Shown piece by piece: positions 8,928 to 13,253 of a DNA stretch of 13,253 nt. The stretch comes from Planctomycetota bacterium. GTDB taxonomy: Bacteria > Planctomycetota > GCA-002687715 > DRQF01. The position numbers and the translations under genes are program-made. Every line of letters begins with the position of its first letter. The stretch's first letter is position 1. The notes beneath the pieces are model-generated. The model worked only from the letters and a program-made list of their open reading frames with translations. It searched no databases and had not been told where the DNA came from. Where the stretch lies: positions 32,132 to 45,384 of the forward strand of contig JALTLO010000204.1 in NCBI GenBank assembly GCA_027001995.1, written 5' to 3'.

Positions 8928-8992
8928 GGCTTGGTTCAGGTTTGGGCTTTCAAGAAGAGAAACTCAAACCAGAAGCGGAAGCGGGATGGGCA

Positions 8993-9700
8993 CTACTGAA
9001 GAGTGACCCAAACTTCACCGTCAGCGCCAACGACACCTGGGGAGGTGTTGGCTGTTATGTCACCAGCTGCGGTACCGGCAATGAATGCAGCTTCCGCAGC
9101 GGGTCCTGCACCTGGTCCATCGTAGGCCCGGTTCACGGACTGATTGGTGAACATGATTTCACCAGCTTGGTTGACGAAGAAGGCCCGGTTACCCGTGTTG
9201 GCCAAATCTGCAGGCCAAGCATAGGCGGCCCAGGAAAGCTCGCAAACATCAGCGTCTGCTTGAACAATATTGGTACCAGCTCCTGTTTCAACATCACTAG
9301 CACCTGCAGCAGTTGGCAAGAAGATTCGGAAGACATAACCACCCTTAACCACCTCACCTGCAGCATTGATATTGCGGAAGGAAGCGGCCAAGACGGGGGG
9401 GTTCAAGGTGTTTGCGTTGGCAACACCACCATGGGAATCAAGTTGATAGAGACCAGAAAGATCGCCGAAGAAACCGTACTCGCCGGTTCCGTCAGCGTCT
9501 GAATCAATAGCCCCACCTTGTTGAAGCTGAGCCTGAGAAGACACCAGTTGACGCAAAGTAGCAATAGCATTGGACTCATTGGCGGCCAAACGGGCGCTCA
9601 ACAAGTTTGGTACAGCGATAGCTGCGATAATCGCGATGATGGCCACCACGATCATAAGTTCAATCAGTGTAAAACCCTGATTATTGTTGGACTTCACCAT
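8993..9700 (-). CDS. pilA: Type IV prepilin, probable major pilin (235 aa)
   Basis: Class III signal peptide MVKSNNNQG|FTLIELMIVVAIIAIIAAIAVPNL (G-1, F+1, E+5, P+22), strong RBS AGGAG at 9710-9714, its own terminator, and location downstream of pilT-pilC. The major-pilin call is inferred from context. Confidence 0.88.
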   Translation of the reverse strand: MVKSNNNQGFTLIELMIVVAIIAIIAAIAVPNLLSARLAANESNAIATLRQLVSSQAQLQQGGAIDSDADGTGEYGFFGDLSGLYQLDSHGGVANANTLNPPVLAASFRNINAAGEVVKGGYVFRIFLPTAAGASDVETGAGTNIVQADADVCELSWAAYAWPADLANTGNRAFFVNQAGEIMFTNQSVNRAYDGPGAGPAAEAAFIAGTAAGDITANTSPGVVGADGEVWVTLQ

Positions 9701-9752
9701 TATGTGAATCTCCTAATTCCGCTCAGCGAGAAGAAACGCTCAGCAACCTTTA

Positions 9753-9847
9753 TTGACCGAGAACCATGCGGTGCGAAGAACACACTTCGTCGCCAAGAAC
9801 TCAGTTTTGCCCGAGAAAGCGCGGTGCGAAACTTCAGTTTCGTCGCC
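9753..9847 (-). repeat. Two tandem imperfect 41-42-nt direct repeats with internal dyad symmetry in the pilin leader
   Basis: Plus strand: TTGaCCGAGAAccatGCGGTGCGAAgaacacacTTCGTCGCC (9753-9794) and TTGcCCGAGAAagcGCGGTGCGAAacttcagtTTCGTCGCC (9807-9847). 29 positions are identical, in four blocks. Confidence 0.9.
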
Positions 9848-9918
9848 TTTCCTCTGGCGTACCACCAAGGCCTCGATCACCTCGCAAAACGAGGACGACT
9901 GAGGCCCCAGTTGTGTCA

Positions 9919-10737
9919 TCAACCGTTCAACAATTCTTCGATTTGGACGTCTTGGGCGTGCTCATGCCAAAAGGCGTTATTCTTGAGCAAACCCCGACCG
10001 CGTTTGTCGAGTTGAACGTATTTTCGCAGAGCCCTTTCGGCACCTTGGGCATCCCCAACTTCCATGTAGGAACGGGCCAACGTGTGCCAGTAAGGCCAGG
10101 CCACGGATTCTTCCGCGGGTATTCGATTGAGGGCTGCCCAAGCATCGCCATAGCGTTGCTCCTCGATGAGAGTGCCTGCCATCATGGCATCGAATTCGGC
10201 GTTTTCAGGATCGAGTCTCTTGGCAGCAGCAAAGTAAGAACGAGCTTGGTCAAATTGGGCTTCTTGCCAAGCGATCAAACCTCGCATGCGAAGAGTCCCT
10301 GGGATTTCTCCCAATTCGTCTTCGATGGTCCCCAGTTCATCTTTCGACGCTTGGAAGTTTTCTAAGCGGCGAAAAAGATCGGCAACAGAAAGCTTGATGT
10401 CTCGTTTCAGATCCGATTCTGACGTGAGAACCAAGGCTGCTCGATAACTCTTGATGGCGCTGGTTTCACGTCCTTGACGCTCGTCAATGAGCCCCTGAAT
10501 CAGCCATGCATGACGGCTATTCGGCTCACTATCAAAGACAAAGTCGAGATGGACTTGGGCTTCATCGTAGGCGCCACTGCGGGCCAGCATGTCCGCACTG
10601 GAGAGCCGCGCTCCCATGTCTGGCTCAGGTTCTTGGATCCAGCCAATAAAACCCAAGATTGCGACGGCTACCAGCGCCAGGGGGTAGACAACCAAGCGGT
10701 ATTTGTTCGATCTGAATTTTACGAGTGTGTTTGACAT
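9919..10737 (-). CDS. Tetratricopeptide-repeat protein with N-terminal membrane anchor, in the pil cluster
   Basis: Hydrophobic segment LVVYPLALVAVAILGFIGW, then TPR-like units (EPNSRHAWLIQGLI...AIKSYRAAL, FDQARSYFAAAKRLDPENA, YWHTLARSYMEVGDAQGAERALRKYVQLD). Start uncertain: ATG 10737 preferred over GTG 10800. Confidence 0.85.
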   Translation of the reverse strand: MSNTLVKFRSNKYRLVVYPLALVAVAILGFIGWIQEPEPDMGARLSSADMLARSGAYDEAQVHLDFVFDSEPNSRHAWLIQGLIDERQGRETSAIKSYRAALVLTSESDLKRDIKLSVADLFRRLENFQASKDELGTIEDELGEIPGTLRMRGLIAWQEAQFDQARSYFAAAKRLDPENAEFDAMMAGTLIEEQRYGDAWAALNRIPAEESVAWPYWHTLARSYMEVGDAQGAERALRKYVQLDKRGRGLLKNNAFWHEHAQDVQIEELLNG

Positions 10738-10854
10738 CACGATTTGGTCAACAGTCCTTTGAGGCTGAATTCGACTTCGGCACTTTTTAAGATCGTCCAC
10801 ATAGTCTATATACTTAAAGTACTTTTCTCTGGAATAAATATGCAGGAACCGAAG

Positions 10855-10891
10855 GAGGCCGGGCCACTCCTTGGTGGAGAAACCCGGCCTC
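10855..10891 (-). terminator. GC-rich hairpin after pilC (possible terminator or stability element)
   Basis: 9-bp inverted repeat GAGGCCGGG (10855-10863) / CCCGGCCTC (10883-10891) with further internal pairing, 25 nt after the pilC stop. The U-tract is weak. Confidence 0.5.
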
Positions 10892-10915
10892 GCGAATCTG
10901 TCTAATTGGGTGAAC

Positions 10916-12133
10916 TTAGCCCCCTGGAGTCAGGGAAGCCTGGAGCTTCATAATTGGCAGGAACACGGCTAAGACGATTCCGCCCACCATGATTCCCATA
11001 AACCCAATCATCAAAGGCTCGATCAAACTGGTAAGTGCTTTAACCTCCGCTTCAATCTGCTGGTCATAGAAATCGGAAATCTTGCTCAGCAGGTGTTCCA
11101 AAGCACCGGACTTCTCACCGATACCAACCATGCGCGTCACCATGGGAGGGAAAATCCAATGTTGGGCCAAGGGCTCAGCCAAAGTCTCGCCCTGGCGGAC
11201 ATTCTCCAAAGAATCACGAACCGCACGAGAAACAATGATATTGCCAGCGGTATCCGCAACAATTTCGAGGGAACCTAAAATCGGTACACCACTCTTGATC
11301 AAGGTAGAGAAAGTTCGGGAGAAACGAGACAAGGCCACCTTGCGAAATAGGGAGCCAAAGACCGGCAACTTCATGGTGAGATGATCGAAGAAGACTTTGC
11401 CGCTTTTAGTGGTCTTCCAGGCTTTCACGGCGAGGAAAATGGCCACGCAACCACCAATGCAAGTACCGACATTCTCTCTCATGAATAGAGATGCTGTCAT
11501 AACCATGACGGTCAATCCTGGCAGTTCAATATCCAGGCCATCAAAAATCTCTTTGAACTTCGGTACGATGCAGATCATGAGGAAGCCGGTGATGGCTATA
11601 ACCATGACCAAAGACACAACTGGATAAGTCATGGCCGACTTGATCTCCCGCTTAAGAGCGGCAGTCGACTCAAGATACTCGGCTAAGCGATCAAGAATTT
11701 CATCGAGCTGACCTGAAGCCTCGCCAGCTCGAACCATACTGACATAGATCTCAGAGAAGACCTTAGGGTATTTCCCGAGAGCGGAGGACAAGTCTGTACC
11801 GCCGCGAATGTCTTCGATGACAAAACCAACACAATTGCAAAATCCGGGAGACTGGGCTTGTTCCCGGAGAATCTCCAAGCATTCCAGAAGAGGAATACCG
11901 GCTGAAATCATGGTGGCCAATTGCCGGGTGAAGAGTTCGAGTTCGCCCTTCTTGACCGAGGGTTTGGCCTTCGCATCGCGCTTGACTCCACGCTCAGCAA
12001 CTTCCTTGACGTTCACAACAACAAGTCGCTGGCGTCCTAACTTCTGGCTTGCTTCTTCTTTTGTTGAACCTGAGACCATGCCGGTGACAGTCTCACCTTT
12101 AGCATTCTTAGCTTTGTACTTAAAATTCGCCAT
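10916..12133 (-). CDS. pilC: Type IV pilus inner-membrane platform protein (GspF/PilC family)
   Basis: FTRQLATMISAGIPLL, YVSMVRAGEASGQLD, IKSAMTYP, SRFSRTFSTLIKSGVPIL, GEKSGALE and LTSLIEP; adjacent to pilT. Confidence 0.95.
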   Translation of the reverse strand: MANFKYKAKNAKGETVTGMVSGSTKEEASQKLGRQRLVVVNVKEVAERGVKRDAKAKPSVKKGELELFTRQLATMISAGIPLLECLEILREQAQSPGFCNCVGFVIEDIRGGTDLSSALGKYPKVFSEIYVSMVRAGEASGQLDEILDRLAEYLESTAALKREIKSAMTYPVVSLVMVIAITGFLMICIVPKFKEIFDGLDIELPGLTVMVMTASLFMRENVGTCIGGCVAIFLAVKAWKTTKSGKVFFDHLTMKLPVFGSLFRKVALSRFSRTFSTLIKSGVPILGSLEIVADTAGNIIVSRAVRDSLENVRQGETLAEPLAQHWIFPPMVTRMVGIGEKSGALEHLLSKISDFYDQQIEAEVKALTSLIEPLMIGFMGIMVGGIVLAVFLPIMKLQASLTPGG

Positions 12134-12164
12134 TACCTATCTCTCTTAGTCAATCTCAAGGGGC

Positions 12165-13241
12165 TCATACCCGGGCATGTGGATTCGAAATGAGTCGCTT
12201 CAGTTCTTCTGGGTCAGTGGAACGTGACACAGCTTCGTCCAAGGAGATCAGTCTTCGGCTGTAGAGGTCGTGCAAAGACATGTTCATCGTGTTCATACCG
12301 GATCTACCGCCTGTTTGGATTTGGGAGTAAATCTGGTGACCCTTGTTATCGCGAATCAACGCCCGAATAGCTGTGTTTGACAGCATGATTTCCGACGCCA
12401 TGGCTCTTCCTCTTGAATTCGCCAGGGGAATCAACTGCTGACAAAAGACAGCTTGCAAAGTGAATGAAAGCTGTGTTCGAATTTGTTGCTGCTGGCCAGC
12501 GGGAAACACATCAACGATACGGTTGATGGTTTGCACACAATCGGATGTATGTAAGGTGGCAAAAGTGAGATGACCTGTTTCGGCTAAAGTCAGTGCCGCT
12601 TCAATGGTCTCCATTGTTCTCATTTCGCCAATGAGGACAATATCTGGATCTTGCCGCAATACGCTTCGCAAGGCATTTTCGAAGCTGTAAGTGTCCGTAC
12701 CTACTTCTCTTTGGTTGAAAAGGCACTGCTTGTTCTGGTGCAAGAACTCAATAGGGTCTTCCACTGTGACAATGTGCTGCTTGCGGGTTTGATTGATACG
12801 ATCAATCATGGCTGCCAAGGTTGTGGACTTACCAGAACCGGTGGCTCCAGTAACGAGCACAAGACCTTTGGGCAGATCGCAGATCTGTTGGCAAACATCG
12901 CCGGGAAGCCCCAATTCTTCGAAACCCTTGATCTCGTAGGGAATGACCCGAAAAACAGCAGCCACTGCGCCTCGTTGAACAAAGACATTTGTTCGGAAAC
13001 GTCCTAATGACGCAATGCCGAAAGACAGATCAAGCTCATGCTCTTTTTCGAACTTGGCGATCTGTTCGGCATTCAAGACGCTATAGATCAGCCTTTTGGT
13101 CTCTTGGGGCTCAAACTGCTCGTTGCTGGCATCAACCAAATCGCCGTCCAGGCGAAATTTCGGTGCCGATCCTGCGGTGACATGAAGATCGGACCCTCCA
13201 CGTTCCACCAGACCTTGCAACAACTCTTCTAAGGTGACCAT
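12165..13241 (-). CDS. pilT: Type IV pilus retraction ATPase
   Basis: GSDLHVTAG, Walker A GATGSGKST, TVEDPIE, LRQDPDIVLIGEMR, AETGHL...TLH and an AIRNLIRE-like motif (AIRALIRDNK). Likely start ATG 13241; the GTG at 13253 is at the window edge. Confidence 0.95.
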   Translation of the reverse strand: MVTLEELLQGLVERGGSDLHVTAGSAPKFRLDGDLVDASNEQFEPQETKRLIYSVLNAEQIAKFEKEHELDLSFGIASLGRFRTNVFVQRGAVAAVFRVIPYEIKGFEELGLPGDVCQQICDLPKGLVLVTGATGSGKSTTLAAMIDRINQTRKQHIVTVEDPIEFLHQNKQCLFNQREVGTDTYSFENALRSVLRQDPDIVLIGEMRTMETIEAALTLAETGHLTFATLHTSDCVQTINRIVDVFPAGQQQQIRTQLSFTLQAVFCQQLIPLANSRGRAMASEIMLSNTAIRALIRDNKGHQIYSQIQTGGRSGMNTMNMSLHDLYSRRLISLDEAVSRSTDPEELKRLISNPHARV

Positions 13242-13253
13242 GGGCAACCCCAC

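Noticed and set aside
8993..9673. Electrically conductive e-pilin
   Set aside because: About 18 F/Y/W in 226 aa (~8%) by manual count, with an aromatic-free gap of more than 60 aa after F1.
2146..9700. Functional calcium module linking the antiporter and the pilin
   Set aside because: The genes are ~6 kb apart in separate transcription units, with nothing beyond proximity to link them.
9753..9847. Repeats as a CRISPR mini-array
   Set aside because: Only two degenerate copies, a 12-nt linker, and no cas genes in the window.
9745..9860. Canonical glycine or c-di-GMP-I riboswitch
   Set aside because: The order GGCGA-hairpin-CACCG...UCUCGGGCAAAA loosely echoes the glycine aptamer (GGAGA-P2-CACCGAAG...CUCAGG), but the GAAG/P3 pocket is missing and the units are too short. 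The GEMM tetraloop/receptor layout is also absent. An Rfam scan would settle it.
9701..9970. Sigma54 promoter for the pilin
   Set aside because: The TGGC/TGGT candidates lack a GC at the required GG-N10-GC spacing.
40..13232. Numerous short overlapping ORFs in the track (e.g. 3649-4470, 6362-7087, 8942-9502, 9766-10365)
   Set aside because: They are antisense or off-frame shadows of well-supported genes and carry no recognisable motifs.

Overview
This is a bacterial chromosomal window. The protein styles suggest Planctomycetota, which is an inference only. From left to right it holds: (1) a secreted beta-rich protein of at least 665 aa on the minus strand (1997 to the left edge), missing from the ORF track; (2) a CaCA/YrbG Ca2+/Na+ antiporter, preceded by tRNA-Cys(GCA) with a stable-RNA-type sigma70 promoter; (3) an ETF-quinone oxidoreductase with a terminator; (4) an ~866-aa membrane-anchored coiled-coil/HEAT-repeat protein divergent from tatD; (5) a type IV pilus cluster on the minus strand, pilT-pilC-TPR protein-large pilin. 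No mobile element or CRISPR array was seen. The strongest unexplained signal is the ~220-nt leader of the pilin gene. It contains two tandem 41-42-nt units with a covarying hairpin, an upstream hairpin that has an alternative pairing partner, and an RBS-proximal hairpin. It is a candidate tandem cis-regulatory RNA or tandem operator for pilin expression, in a locus with no pilS/pilR between pilC and the pilin.
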